A stretch of DNA of 64,000 nt from Octopus vulgaris (GCA_951406725.2 OX597842.1:5766001-5830000), one strand, 5' to 3'. Counted from the first letter of the stretch, positions 40,849 through 55,440 are shown. Numbers and translations are program-made. Notes: generated by a model not told the origin, from the letters alone.

Positions 40849-40909
<61 letters not shown>

Positions 40910-42180
40910 GGGTGTTTGTGTCATCATCCTCAATTGACAACTGATGTTGACTTGTTTAGATCCTGGTAACTTAGCAGTCTGGCAAAAGTGATCAATAGAA
41001 TAAACCTCTCTTTAAGATGGTGGCCCAGCATGGCCGTGTCCGATGATTCAAACAAGTAAAAGATAAGATAAAGGATATATATGTATGTATGTACGTGTAA
41101 ATTTGTATGAATATATATGTATGTGTAAATATATGTAAATATATATATATATGAATATATGTGTAAATGCATGTAAATATGTATGTATATATATATATGT
41201 GTGTGTGTAAATATATATGTATATATGTGTAAATATGTATGTATGTATAAATATGTATATGTAAATATGTATGTATATATAAATATGTATGTATATATAT
41301 ATGTATGTATATATGTATATAGCTAAGTGTGTGTATATATGTATGTATATATATGTATGTAAATATGTATATATAAATATGTATGTATATATATGTATTT
41401 ATATATGTATATAGCTATGTGTGTGTATATATGTATGTGTAAATATATATACATGTACGTGTAAATATATATGTATGTATATATGTGTGTGTGTGTATGT
41501 ATGTGTAAATATGTATGTATATATATGCTTGGCTTCGCACACAAACTGCAGGAGCTGCTCAAAAGAACTGCAAACTCTTCTAAATCTCATACAGTGTTTG
41601 AAACCCCTTTTGTATTGCCAGCAAGTATCTCAGAGTCAAAAGTGTTTTGCCCCTTATTCTGTACACTTTGCCCTGAGTCTGGCAACAAGGGCTGAGTTAG
41701 TCTTTGCCTAAGAAATGGTTGCTCTTGCAGTCTCTTGATAACCATAACCATCTTGGACTGGGTTTAGCTGCTTATCTTATTTCTGTTGGTTTGTTCGGTT
41801 CTGTGGGTTCTAGAACAGTCTTCTGCAGGAAGATAGGGAGCCATTCTTTGACAAGGGCCTTGTTTGCCAATTTCTGATGTTTGGTTTCTTTAACTGGTGA
41901 GAAATGTCGAGTCTGTCCTTGCAGGACAATGAGTTTGGTCAATCAAAGCTAAACCACAATAATTCATAGACAGATACATTAATACATGCACACATACACA
42001 CACAGATATATATATATGTATATACACACATACACACATGTGTAATATGTATGTTTATATAGCTCTCTCTCTCTCTCTACACACACACATATAATGTGTG
42101 TGTGTGTTTATATGCTTTCAGTAAACGAACTGTTGTGTGGCCATACTGAAGCACTTTCTACCAATAGTCAAGTTTGTGTC

Positions 42181-42224
<44 letters not shown>

Positions 42225-42482
42225 TAATAAATAATATCAGGGTAATAAAGATTTTAGAAACTTTTACTACCAGTGGCCTAGCATATAGAAAAATTAGTCA
42301 ATAGACTATATATCATTCATATAAAATACAGTGTACGTTTAAACACATTAGCTTGAGCTCTGCATTGTTAGCAACATTATTAAATCACTTTTCCTTTATT
42401 ATTGTGATACCTATTTATTTAGCAACTGTGGACCATGTTTACTTAGCAACCTGACACCATGTTTCTTCAGCAATGTTGAGTC

Positions 42483-42900
42483 CTTAGCAACCTTGAACAC
42501 TGTCTCCTTAGCAACCTTGAGCCTTGTTTCCTTAATAGCCTTGAACACTGTCTCCTTAGCAACCTTAAGCCTTGTTTCCTTAATAGCCTTGAACACTGTC
42601 TCCTTAGCAACCTTGAGCCTTGTTTCCTTAGTAACCTTGAACACTGTCTCCTTAGCAACCTTGAGCCTTGTTTCCTTAATAGCCTTGAACACTGTCTCCT
42701 TAGCAACCTTGAGCCTTGTTTCCTTAGTAACCTTGAACACTGTCTCCTTAGCAACCTTGAGCCTTGTTTCCTTAGTAGCCTTGAACACTGTCTCCTTAGC
42801 AACCTTGAGCCTTGTTTCCTTAGTAGCCTTGAACACTGTCTCCTTAGCAACCTTGAGCCTTGTTTCCTTAATAGCCTTGAACACTGTCTCCTTAGCAACT
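42483..42900. repeat. 42-bp minisatellite (~10 units, 21-bp dimer) within a degenerate ~21-bp array extending ~42410-43500
   Basis: Unit ccttagcaaccttgagccttgtttccttaatagccttgaacactgtct. Confidence 0.95.
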
Positions 42901-43775
42901 TTGAGCCATATCTGCTTAGCAAACTTAAACCATGTCTGTTTAGCAACCATGAGTTCTATCTTCTCAGCAGCAATGAACGAATGCTCTCTGTTCAGAAGCT
43001 TTGAGCTGTGTCTGAAGTATTGTTCATGTTGAACAGTGCTCACTCAACAGCTTTGAACCAATTTTACTCAGCATCCTTGAGCAGTAATGTCTGCTCAGTA
43101 CACTGAAGCTTTATCAGCTCAGCATTCTTGCAATCTGTCCACTCAACAACCATGCATGAGTGAGCTATCTCTCTCTCTCTGCTCAGCAGTTTTGAGCCCC
43201 GACTTCTCAGCAATATTGAGCTCTGTTTATTTAATTAACTCTAGCTTGTGAATCTGGTCTGCTAAACACTCATGTGCCTGCGATCCATGTCTACTGAGCA
43301 GCCTTCGGTTCAGCCCCCAGTCTGCTCAGCAGCCATGGATCTACACAACCCTGGTCTGCTCAGCAATCTTTGAGCCATAGATCCTCTCTGCTCAGCAGCC
43401 ATGATCTATGGCTCTCTGCTTGCTCAGCAACCTCAATCTCTGATGCTTGTTTGCTCAATAGCTTTGATATTTGATCTCTGTCTGCTCAAGCTTGACCCTT
43501 AGACCCCGCCTCAGTAGTCCTAGTATTCCACCCCTATATACTCAACACCCGGTGTTAAACCAGTCTACCCAGAATTCCTGACGTTTAATCCAGTTCTGCT
43601 CAGAAGCAAGAGTTTGTGTGACATTATGCTTGGAAAAAGATGAGATTTGGTAACAGGAAGGGTGTCCAGCTGTAGAAAATCTGCCCCAATAAGAGCCATC
43701 GGACCTGTACAAGAAAAGCAGAAATTAAAATGTTATCTATCTATATATCTACATCATCTGTCTGTCTGTCTCTCT

Positions 43776-43811
<36 letters not shown>

Positions 43812-43818
<7 letters not shown>

Positions 43819-44625
43819 GGATAAGATCGTTAATTTAAAAATAAAATAACGATTTTATCAAGTGGTCAGCATGGAAAAAATAACCTTCAAAGGTAATAAT
43901 TATCAAAATTATAACTTAGGGTATCTACGAGATATCGCCATGCTGAAAATAGCAGCCATGATCTGACTTTAAAATGACCTAAATTGCCCATATATCAACA
44001 CGGACAATTTATGGACAATTTAGGTGGTTTTAAAGTCAGATCATGGCTGCTATTTTCAGCGTGGTGGTATCTCGTAGATACCCTAATTTATAATTTTATA
44101 TATATATATATATAAATTAGAAAAAAACCACCTTTTATCAATTCAATAATGAAGGATTAAATTATACCATTTAGAAAAATGACATATTATAGAAAGATTA
44201 AATAAATGGTATAATTTAATTTTTCATTATTGAATTGATAAAAGGTGTTTTTTTTGCCTAATTTATATATATATATTATAATTTGTGAAATTTGATTTAG
44301 TATTTCTAAATTGAATTTTTCCCTATAAGTTTGGAATAATATTCCCTCATATTATTATTATATACATATATCTTAAATTCAACTTAGGTTGAAAGTCAAC
44401 AAACAAAGTTTGCTTTACAAGTGTTGAGATGTATTGAGAGATAAAGATAAGGAAATAATTTATTCTCAAACGTAGGATAATCCTAATAATATAGCATGGA
44501 CAGGATAAACTATCCATAATTTACAGAAAAATGTGTCGATGACCACAGCAAAATATGGATAGTTTATCTTGTTCATGCTATATTATTAGCATTATCCTGC
44601 ATTTGTGAATAATTTATTTCCTTAT
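43812..44625. repeat. Cluster of three fold-back elements separated by (TA)n
   Basis: Arms 43905-43992/44010-44097 (with left extension); second fold-back at ~44112-44270; third with arms ~44447-44522/44551-44625. Confidence 0.75.
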
Positions 44626-44835
44626 ATATTTATACTTTAGTTGTGGGTGTTAACCAGGATGAATCCAAGATGGAGATGAATACAAACATTCCATGTAGAA
44701 AACTTGATAATTGAGAAGATTTCTCTTGACATGAAACCAGTGGTAGCATTGTTAACCTACAAATAAAAAATGAATCAATCAACCAATGGAGTGTTGAGCA
44801 CTCATTCTCACTGCTTGATATTAACCTCTGTGTGC

Positions 44836-44880
<45 letters not shown>

Positions 44881-44884
44881 GCAG

Positions 44885-44922
<38 letters not shown>

Positions 44923-45123
44923 CTGCAGTGAATATTACCAGGAAAATGATGGCAGTGAATTTTGAAGTTTCAGTGTTCTTGCTGTCATCAAACTGAGAAC
45001 AAGTGAAAAAACTTTGAAGTTACTATCAACCTTTAACTTGCAAAAGTTTAATAAACACATACTCGTCTAAAAAGTATTGGATAGTCTTTCAGTTTAGTAT
45101 TAAATTGCTTTTTCTACACACAT

Positions 45124-45163
<40 letters not shown>

Positions 45164-45709
45164 AAAAAAAAAACTATATCATCATCATCATCATCATTAT
45201 CATCACCATTTAACATCAGTTTTCCATGCTGGCATGGGTTGGATGATTGACCAGAGCTGGCCAGGTGAAGAGCAATCCAGGCCCCATGCCTGTTTTCACA
45301 TGGTTTCTATGGCTGGATGCCCTTCCTAACACCTACCACTTTACAGTGTATGCTGCATGCATTTACGCACGGCACTTCTATGGGTGCATTTCCGTGGCAC
45401 AAGCACCCATGAACCTGCAAAATTGGGAATGCCCAACTGGAAGGGGATGCAGAGGACATACCAACATCAGTTGTCAAACGATGTGGGTGGGGGACAAACA
45501 CACACACACACACACAGATCGTTAGCCACTACACACATTTTTTCTCTCTTTGTTTTTTTCTGTGTCCCTTTCTGTAGAAGAGCATACGCTCGAAATGTAA
45601 AAGACTTTTTCTATTCCTGAGCATTATACTAATACATCTGTTTGTTTTGTACACCACCTGTCTTCATCTTTTGTTTTTTTCGTAAACTCTCCCTATATAT
45701 ATATATCTG

Positions 45710-46045
45710 AGACCCCCTTCGGTCATGACACAGACCATGGGATTGCTCCTAGAAAGTTACCCTCCTAGACACAAGTCCGGGCGAGGTCGTTTATGGAAGA
45801 CCAGCAGTCGCCCATGCATACCGGCCTCCCCTTTCCATGCCACCAGTGTTAACCAAGGGAAAGGCAAAGACTGATACAACTTGGCACCAGTGACGTCGCC
45901 ACTCATTTCTAGAACTGAGTGAACTGAAGCAACGTGAAATAAAGTGTCTTGCTCAAGAACACAACATGAAGCCTGGTCCGGGATTCGAGCTCACAACCTC
46001 ACGATCGTAAGGTCGACGCTCTAACCACTGAGCCATGCGCCTTCA
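45710..46045 (-). mobile_element. Third tRNA-derived SINE family
   Basis: Head GAAGGCGCATGGCTCAGTGGTTAGAGCG...CTCGAATCCC followed by a TTGAGCAAGACACTTT core. Confidence 0.75.
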
Positions 46046-46060
46046 CATATATATATATAT

Positions 46061-46286
46061 TGATAGAAATGGTAAGACAACAAAAGAATGAAAGAAACCT
46101 CGATATTATGTAAATAGAGGAATTTATCTGTAAATGTAATATGTGATGATTATTCGGTAGCCATGATGAAACTCTGAGTTTTGGATGCCGAGGTGGAAAT
46201 GGTGGCATGGATTTCCACCTCAGCATCCAAAACTCGGAGTTTTATCATGGCTACCGAATAATTGTCACATATTACATTTACAGATA
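46061..46286. mobile_element. Shorter fold-back copy of the 8.3-kb family
   Basis: Same left extension and arm sequence as 8345-8795; arms 46126-46200 and 46211-46286 fold back inside helix II of the ribozyme motif. Confidence 0.8.
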
Positions 46287-47085
46287 TATACATGTATATA
46301 TATACGACAGGCTTCTTTCAATTTCCATCTACCAAATCCATTCACAAGGCTTTGGTCAGCTTAAGGCTATAGTAGAAGACACTTGCCCAAGGTGCCATGC
46401 AGTGGAACTGAACCTGGAACCATGTGGTTGGGAAGCAAGCTTCTTACCCCACAGCCACTCCTATACACACACACACACACACACACATATTGTTTTTAGA
46501 AAAACATAAAGTGACCGATAGAATAACTGCCAGACTTTAAAAGAAAGCTAAGTGCCACGTTTGATTTTCTTTTACTAAATTCTTCAAAGCGGCGCTCCAG
46601 CATGGCCAAAGCTCAATGACCAAAGCCAGCGAAAGCCGAAAGATCATCAGGTCTACTTGCTACATGAAACCCAGCCACCCTGATATGGGGGTACCCTTGA
46701 TACACAGTCACCCGGTGTCGTTATTCCTTCACACTGTGATTGGGCACATTTTATACCCGTCTACCATGTTATCTGGTACCCTTTGATATGCAGCCCCGAA
46801 ATCATTTGGTGCCTTTAATACTCAGCCAACCTGTGTGTTGGTACCCTTAATACTGGCCACCCAGTCACCTTGTGCCTTTGCTACCTTTTGTACACCCTGA
46901 TTGTACATCTGTCTTTCATGTTGGATAACATTAAATGTAGATAACTTCTTACCCAGAGTCTTCAAGCCTTGCATTTTTTTCGTGTCTCTACCATGCTATG
47001 CTACAAACACACACACACACACACATATACATGTGTATGTGTGTATATGCATATGTGTGTGTATATATAAATACATATGTATATA

Positions 47086-47117
<32 letters not shown>

Positions 47118-47187
47118 CACAGGTGTGTATTGTGTATAGAAGAATATATTAGTCAAAGAAATATATATATGTGTATATACATATGCA

Positions 47188-47227
<40 letters not shown>

Positions 47228-47288
47228 CACACACATATATATTATGCTTGTGCCTGTACATATATGTTGTATGTATGTGACTATATAT

Positions 47289-47688
47289 ACTAGTAGTATA
47301 GCCCGGCGTTACTCGGGTTTGTTTGGACCCTTTAGAATTGGAATTTTTGAAAAGTAAATGTTTTGCATTATGTAGCTTGTTATTCTCTTTAAGTGAACAT
47401 TTTTCTTGATTAAATACACCAAAAAATAGCGACACAGCAGTAAAAAAAAATCGTAAAAAATAGGGATTTTCATAGAAAAAAAGCAACTTTTTGATGTAAA
47501 TAATTTTTGGTGTTAACATGGTCTGATTTGAATTTTTTCTTCTGCTACGGAAGGAAGATCAAGCCTTCTTGTATCATACTCTCAATTTTGGTCAACTTGC
47601 GCCGCAGGGTCTCTGAGGAGATAGTGTTAGTTGAAGGCTACCAAACCTGCCATTCACACAGACGACTTCAGCTTTATATATATAGATA
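47289..47688 (+). mobile_element. Non-autonomous Helentron/HINE-like element (same family at 11070-11461 on the minus strand; related family at 18864-19348)
   Basis: 5' ACTAG..GCCCGGCGTT.CTCGGG hairpin and 3' CTTTATATATATAGAT end; no long TIR. Confidence 0.65.
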
Positions 47689-48700
47689 TAGGTGTGTGTT
47701 TGTGTTTTTGTATGTATATGTGTGTGTTAAGGTGTGTGTGTGTATAATCAGAGTTAGGTAAAGTTGATTAAACCCACACAATAGCAATCCCTGTATATTC
47801 ATTCATGAAAATAGCCACCAAATCTCCCTCTTTTCACAGTCTGCCCCTAAACATTCCCCATATTATTGAGCACTAATTGTCATCATCATCATCATCATCA
47901 TAATTATTAAGGTTCACTTTGCCGTTCTTGGATGGGTTGGATGGGTCTGTTCCAATATAGTCTCCACCCCATTTGTTACATTCCTATGTGAGGGCCACCA
48001 CTTCTGCCTATGTCTTCCTCGGCCCTTTTGTCTCAGTTTCTCTTTCATTTGGATCTTATAACGCTTCTTTATCCATCTCTGGAGCACCACCTTTAGTCGA
48101 GCAAATCGATCCCAGGACTTATTCTTTGTAAGCCCAGTACTTATTCTATCGGTCTCTTTTGCCAAACCGCTAAGTTACAGGGACGTAAACACACCAGCAT
48201 CGGTTGTCTTCCAAACACCAACTTAATAATGACTTATTTTACTGAATTCTTCATTATTCCAAAAATTAATTGAATCAAAATCCCAAAGCTATGAGATAAT
48301 CCTTGATTAAATCAAAACAATGTGACTAAATAAGGATTATATTTGACAGAATAATCTGGACACTAAAGGGTTTTAAACTGGCCACATCCAACCCAAATAT
48401 TCTTCATGTCTTGGGTTCAGACTAACCAGATTTGGCCCCTCACACCTAGCCTGCAATGTCATTCTAGAATAAGCAATCGCATCATTGGCATTTCTAAGTT
48501 ATGAGATGATGCATGATTAAATCAAAGCAATGAATAAATAAGGATTACCTTACAATTTCAATGTTAACGAGTTAAAGTTTTATGGGGGCATAAGCAGACC
48601 CGTTTCTTCAGATATCTGGAGAAGTGTAATGGGATTTGAGATAAATTGTATGAATATTTTCATCCATGATGGAGATGAGTGCCAATGTCTCAATGTGGCT

Positions 48701-48746
48701 GGCTTGATAATTGCTAAGAATTCTTGGCATGAAACCATTGGTAACC
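48701..48746 (+). ncRNA. Hammerhead-like motif, U3-A8 variant (decayed relative at 44704-44745)
   Basis: GGC-UUGAUAA-U-UGCUAAG-AAUU-CUUGGCA-U-GAAACCAUUGGU-A-ACC. Confidence 0.55.
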
Positions 48747-48856
48747 TTGTTAACCCACAAATAAAGAATATCTATCCATCGATGCGGTGTTGAAAGTTCA
48801 TTCTCACTATCCAATATTAGTGTGTGTGTGCATGTATATCTATATATATATATATA

Positions 48857-48925
<69 letters not shown>

Positions 48926-49060
48926 GTTCAGTTATAGTAAAAACGATTTTACGTTAATTTGACAGTTTACTCAATACTTTTGTTAGGCAATCCAGTGATG
49001 GGTTAACTGACCAAACTTCAAAGTTACTATCGATAATATTCTTGCTTAAGAAGAAATACA

Positions 49061-49117
<57 letters not shown>

Positions 49118-49120
49118 ATA

Positions 49121-49177
<57 letters not shown>

Positions 49178-49342
49178 GTGTATGTGTGTGTATATATATA
49201 TATTTATATATGTGTGTGTATATATATATATTTATATATGTGTGTGTATATATATATATATTTATATATGTATGTATATATATATATATATATATGTGTG
49301 TGTATGTATATATATATATATATATTTATGTATGTATATATA

Positions 49343-49373
<31 letters not shown>

Positions 49374-49410
49374 TTATATATGTATATATATATTTATATA
49401 TGTATATATA

Positions 49411-49441
<31 letters not shown>

Positions 49442-51296
49442 TTATATGTATATATATGTGTGTGTGTGTGTATATATATATGTGTGTGTGTGTGTGTATA
49501 TGTATGTATATATGTACATATAAGGCGTTAAGTTTATATACACCTATCTTTATACGTACTTCTTTTATAACCAAGTGTAAGCCAAACCTCACCCTCACTG
49601 TTCCCAACCCCACCCTTCCATGACCTTCCTGTGGAAAAAATGAAACAAGCATTTCAATAAATGGACCGCCCCTCCCCCTCTTCACACATACACCTATAAT
49701 CACCCCCACCCCCCACCCCGTCCAGTTTCTTATTTATAGTTGTGACCGACCCACTGGACATTAAATGTATTCACCTCTGAATTGAACTACCGATCCATCA
49801 CACTGCATCTCAACGAGTTTACCAACTTTTTAATTATGTTTTTTGTTAATTAAAAATAAATATATAAAATAAAATTTAAAAAATATATATATAGAAAATT
49901 AAAAAAATTAAAATAAAGCAAGATGTGTTACTTCCAAAGTGGTTAATTGTCTTCTTTCTTAGGCTGTGTATTCTTTTATATTTTACTTGTTTCAGCCGTT
50001 AGACAGTGGCCATGCTGGGGCACTGCCTTGAAGAATTTTTTTTCCGCCCTTTTCAAGCCTAGCCAGGCTCATAGACCCGGTTCCCTGGTTTCTGCGGCGT
50101 ATGTGTTCCCCCCAGCTGGACAGGACGCCAGTCCATCGCAGATAGATATATATATATATAGGCGCAGGAGTGGCTGTGTGGTAAGTAGCTTGCTAACCAA
50201 CCACATGGTTCAGGGTTCAGTCCCACTGCGTGGCACCTTGGGCAAGTGTCTTCTACTATAGCCCCGGGCCGACTAATGCCTTGTGTGTGGATTTGGTAGA
50301 CAGAAACTGAAAGAAGCCCGTCATATATATGTATATATATATACATGCGTGTGTTTGTGTGTCTGTGTTTGTCCCCCTAGCATTGCTTGACAACCGATGC
50401 TGGTGTGTTTATGTCCCTGTTACTTAGCGGTTCGGCAAAAGAGACCGATAGAATAAGTACTGGGCTTACAAAAGAATAAGTCCTGGGGTCGAGTTGCTCG
50501 ATTAAAGGCGGTGCTCCAGCATGGCCGCAGTCAAATGACTGAAACAAGTAAAAGAGTAAAGAGTATATATAAAAAATGATAAATGTCGCCCTTTTCAAGC
50601 CAAGCCAGGCTCATGGACCCAGTTTCCCGGTTTCTGTGGCGTATGTGTTCCCCCCAGCTGGACGGGACGCCAGTCCATCGCAGCGTTACTCAAGAAATAG
50701 GAAGAGAGAATGAAAGAAACCGCGATCCTCCGACTGCGAGTTCGTTGCCCTAACCACTGGGCCATTGCGCCTCCACTGAAGAATTTTTAGTTGAATGAAT
50801 TGATTCCAGTACTTATTCTATCAGTTTCCTTTGCCGAACTGCTAAGTTATGAGGATGTAAACACCCCAACATCAGTTATCAAGCAGTGGTGGGAACAAAC
50901 AGACTCAAAGACACACACATACAACAGGCTTCTTTCAGTTTCCGTCTACCAAACTCCCAAGGCCATAGTAGAAGACTATAGCCCAAGGTGCCATGCAGTA
51001 GTATTGAACCCAGAACCAAGTGATTGTAAAGCAAACTTCTTACTACTCAACCATATCTGTGTACACACACACACACACATTCTTTTTTTTTTCTTTTTCT
51101 TGTTTTCATTTGACTGTGGCCATGTTGGAGCACCGCCATTAGTCGAGCAAATCGACCCCAGGACTTATTCTTTGTAAGCCTAGTACTTATTCTATTGGTC
51201 TCTTTTTGCCGAACCGCTAAGTTACGGGGACATAAACACACCAGCATCGGTTGTCAAGCGATGTTGGGGGACAAACACAGACACACAGACATATAC

Positions 51297-51339
<43 letters not shown>

Positions 51340-51744
51340 CGACGGGCTTCTTTCAGTTTCTGTCTACCAAATCCACTCACAAGGCTTTGGTCGGCCTGAG
51401 ACTATAGTAGAAGACACTTGCCCAAGGTGCCACACAGTGGGATTGAACCTGGAACCATAGTCAGTTCAAATAAATGAACAATAACGTTAACAATAAAGAA
51501 GAACAAGTGGACATGCACAAAGAAAGTATTTGTTTGATGCTCAGTAAAAAGAGAGAGTTTTTCATGTTTCGAGCATAGCTCTTCATCGGGAAAGCGAAAA
51601 GTTAAGGTCTGAAGAAGGAAAAATGAAAATTACCAACTGCATGTGTATAGTAACCGGAAGTGTTTTTTTTTGGAGACAGGTGAGTGGGAAGATGGTCAGT
51701 GTGTGTCATACATATTTATATATACAGGACATGCTTCATCTTTC

Positions 51745-52350
51745 TTTATCTTTCTTTACTCCTGCCCACAAGGGTCTAGACATAGAGGGGACAAACAAGG
51801 ACAGACAAACGGATTAAGTTGATTACATCGACCCCAGTGCGTAACTGGTACTTAATTTATCCACCCCGAAAGGATGAAAGGCAAAGTCGCCCTCGGCAGA
51901 ATTTGAACTCTGAACCTTAACGGCAGACGAAATACCTATTTCTTTATTACCCACAAGGAGCTAAACACAGAGGGGACAAACAAGGACAGACAAATGGATT
52001 AAGTTGATTATATCACCCCAGTGCATAACTGGTACTTAATCTATCAACCCCGAAAGGATGAAAGGCAAAGTCAGCCTCGGTGGAATTTGAACTCAGAACG
52101 TAATGGCAGACGAAATACCTATTTTCTTTACTATCCACAAGGGGCTAAACACAGGAGGACAAAAGGACAGACAAAGGGATTAAGTAGATTACATCAACCC
52201 CAGTGCATAACTGGTACTTAGTTTAATCGACCCCGAAAGGATGAAAGGCAAAGTCGACTTCGGCGGAATTTGAACTCAGAATGTAGCAGCAGGTGAACTA
52301 CCGCTAAGCATTTTGCCCGGCATGCTAACGAGTCTGCCAGCTTGCCGCCT
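51745..52350 (-). mobile_element. Fourth SINE family as three tandem body repeats (also 27560-27825 and 53530-53970)
   Basis: Repeated GCCTTTCATCCTTTCGGGGTCGATAAATTAAGTACCAG core, with GAGTTCAAATTC box B on the minus strand. Confidence 0.8.
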
Positions 52351-53195
52351 TGTTTTTGATCTTCCATGAGCAAGCGAGGCCAACTTTTGCTGAAACCCTT
52401 TTTATCTACAATTCCTTGCTCAAAATTCGTTGGCAGGAACTCCAGGGACATACCAGTCATATCAACAAATTCACCGATTGTTTAGCAATGGTCCTCCAAG
52501 ATCAGTTCATGAATTTTCATGTTTTTATTTGGTCAGAAGGTTGCCAGCCACCCTGAACAAGGTTGGTCTTCAAGGGACAAGTGACCATTCTGAAAGCAGG
52601 AAAACTACTCGTAAACTTGTATTTTGTTCATAGGCGCAGGTGTGGCTGTGTGGTAAGTAACTTGCTAATCAACCACATGGTTCCGGGTTCAGTCCCACTG
52701 TGTAACACCTTGGGCAAGTGTCTTCTACTATAGCCTCAGGCTGACCAAAACCTTGTGAGTGGATTTGGTAGACAGAAACTGCTGAAAGAAGCCCGTCGTG
52801 CACAATCCTTCTCCACCTGTTATGATCAATAGCTATGCCTTCCCATGTGTCAGGAGAGATGCAAGCAATACATACATACATATAATTATCATCATTGTTG
52901 TAACGTCCACTTTCCATGCTTGGATGAGTCAGGAATAGTTCGTTGAAGCAGATTTTACATGACTGGATGCTCTTTCTGTTACCAACACTTACTTGTTTCT
53001 AAGTAAAGTAAAAAGCACCTGTGCTGGTGCCGTGTAAAAAGCACCTTGAACACTCCGTGGAGTGGTTGGCATTGAGAAGGGTATCCATCCACAGGAACCA
53101 TGCCAGAACAAATAATAGGGGCCTGGTGCAGATCTGTGTCTTGCCAGAACCAGTCAGACTGTCCAACCATAGCAGCATGGAGAACAGACACTAAA

Positions 53196-53295
53196 NNNNN
53201 NNNNNNNNNNNNNNNNNNNNNNNNNNNNNNNNNNNNNNNNNNNNNNNNNNNNNNNNNNNNNNNNNNNNNNNNNNNNNNNNNNNNNNNNNNNNNNN
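53196..53295. other. Assembly gap (100 N)
   Basis: Run of N. Confidence 1.
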
Positions 53296-55440
53296 TAAAA
53301 ATAAGTCCTGGGGTCAATTTGTTTGACTAAACAACATGTCAACACAGTGCTCCAGCATGACTGTAGTCAAATGACTGAACTGAATACAACCATAGCTTTT
53401 GTTAAAAAACATGTCTCTAGAAGAGACATATCTGATATAAAACTGGATATGCAGGGAATGACATTGGATCTTTTGGGCATGTTTTGCTTGCACTTGAGAT
53501 CATGATCTTATTACATTCCTGAGCCTACAACTCATTTTGATTTCAAATTTTGGCGCAAGGCCAGCATGTTCGGGTGAGGGGTTAAGTCAATTACATTGAC
53601 TCCAGTGTTCAACTGGTACTTATTTTATTGACCCTAAAAAGATGAAAGGCAAAGGTCAACTTCAGCAGATTTTGAACTCAGGATGCAAAGATTGATGAAA
53701 GGCTGCTAAACATTCTGCTCAGCATGCTGACAATTCTTATTTCTTTATTGCCCACAAGGGGCTAAACATAGAGGGGACAACCAAGGACAGACAAAGGGGT
53801 TAAGTCGATTACATCGACCCCAGTGCGTAACTGGTACTTAATTTATCGATCCCGAAAGGATGAAAAGCAAAGTCAACCTCGGTGGAATTTGAACTCAGAA
53901 CATAATGGCAGACAACATACTGATAAGCATTTCGCCCAGCATGCTAACGATTCTGCCAGCTCTCTGCCTTAAATTCTGCTAACAATTCTGTCAGTTTGTG
54001 CCTTTTCTGTGACTCATACTAAGGTACTAAGGTATCTTGCCTTGGCTGATCCCTGGATCATGTCAATGTCCAGGGTCCATGAAGTCATGCCAGGCTTGTG
54101 CGACACCTCATGAACCCACTACCCTACTGACCTCAAATTTTGCACAGATACTGCTCTGTCAGTGATGGCCATACTTCTCTACAAGTTGACAACAATCATG
54201 TATTCCTATATGTATGGTTTCTGTCTCTGTGTAAGTGTGTTTGTGCATTTCCTTTATGTTCACCAGTGTCGTTGGGTTGCAGTTTTCCATGAAAGAATAT
54301 CCAGGCTTCCTGACATGTCATCATATTCATATGTATGTTGCACAATCTTAGCAAATAAAAGGCTCCTTAAACAGTGCTTGTTTATTACAGACACCATCTA
54401 CTTTGAATACTCAGCACTTTTTTATGCAGCTGTCATCATCTATAAGCATCATGTAACCAAGCCAATGCAGCCTCTTCTCTTGCAAATTACATTTCATTCC
54501 TCTTAAAAAAAGAGATTTTCCTTTTCTCAGGTAATTCTTATTGCATCACTCTTTTATCTTTTACTTATTTCAGTCAATAGACTGTGGCCATGCTGGGGCA
54601 CCACCTTCAAGAATTTTCAGTCAAAGGAATTGACCCCTGTACATTTTTTTAAAGCCTGATACTTATTCTATTGGTCTCTTTTGCCAAACAGCTAAGTAAC
54701 TGGGACGTAAACAAACAATGGTTGTCAAGTGATGGGGGGGATGAGCATACACGCTAAGACATACACACACACACAGATAGATACATATATGATATATACA
54801 ACTGGCTTTTTCCAGTTTCCATCTACCAAATCCACTCACAAGGCTTTGGTTGGCCTAAGGCCATAGAAAACACTTGCCCAAGGTGCTACACAGTGAAATG
54901 GGACCTGGAACTTTGTGGTTGGAAAGCAATCTTTTTACTATGCAGCCACAATGGTGCCATTTATTGCCATTGACATTTACAAATCCAACAAAGCATGCTT
55001 TGACAGATCCTCTGCATTCAAACCTCAGGATATGTATTTGCAGTGGACTGCAAGCAAATGGCACTGTTAATTTGGTCAGTGAGGCCATTATACATAAACC
55101 AACATAATCATCATCACTTAACGTTTACTTTCTATGCTGGCATGGGTTAGATGGTCTGACAGAAATTCGTAAGCTGGAGACCTGCACCAGGCTCCTGTCT
55201 GTTTTGGCTTGGTTTCTACAGCTGGTTGTTCTTCTTAATGCCAACCAGACCACAGAGTGTACTGGATGCCTACTACACATCACTTGCACTGGTCACAACC
55301 ATGATTTCACTTAACTTGATATGTTTTCTCATGCATAAATGTATATATATGTAAGAGAGCTATGCACATATATATATATATATATATATAGACTGGAGGC
55401 TTCCTTACCATCGCCTCGTGGATATATGTTTGTCCTTGGC

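Noticed and set aside
50045-50683. ~97-bp direct repeats flanking a SINE
   Set aside because: Both are 3' parts of another SINE family, so they are more likely separate or duplicated insertions than a long TSD or LTR pair.
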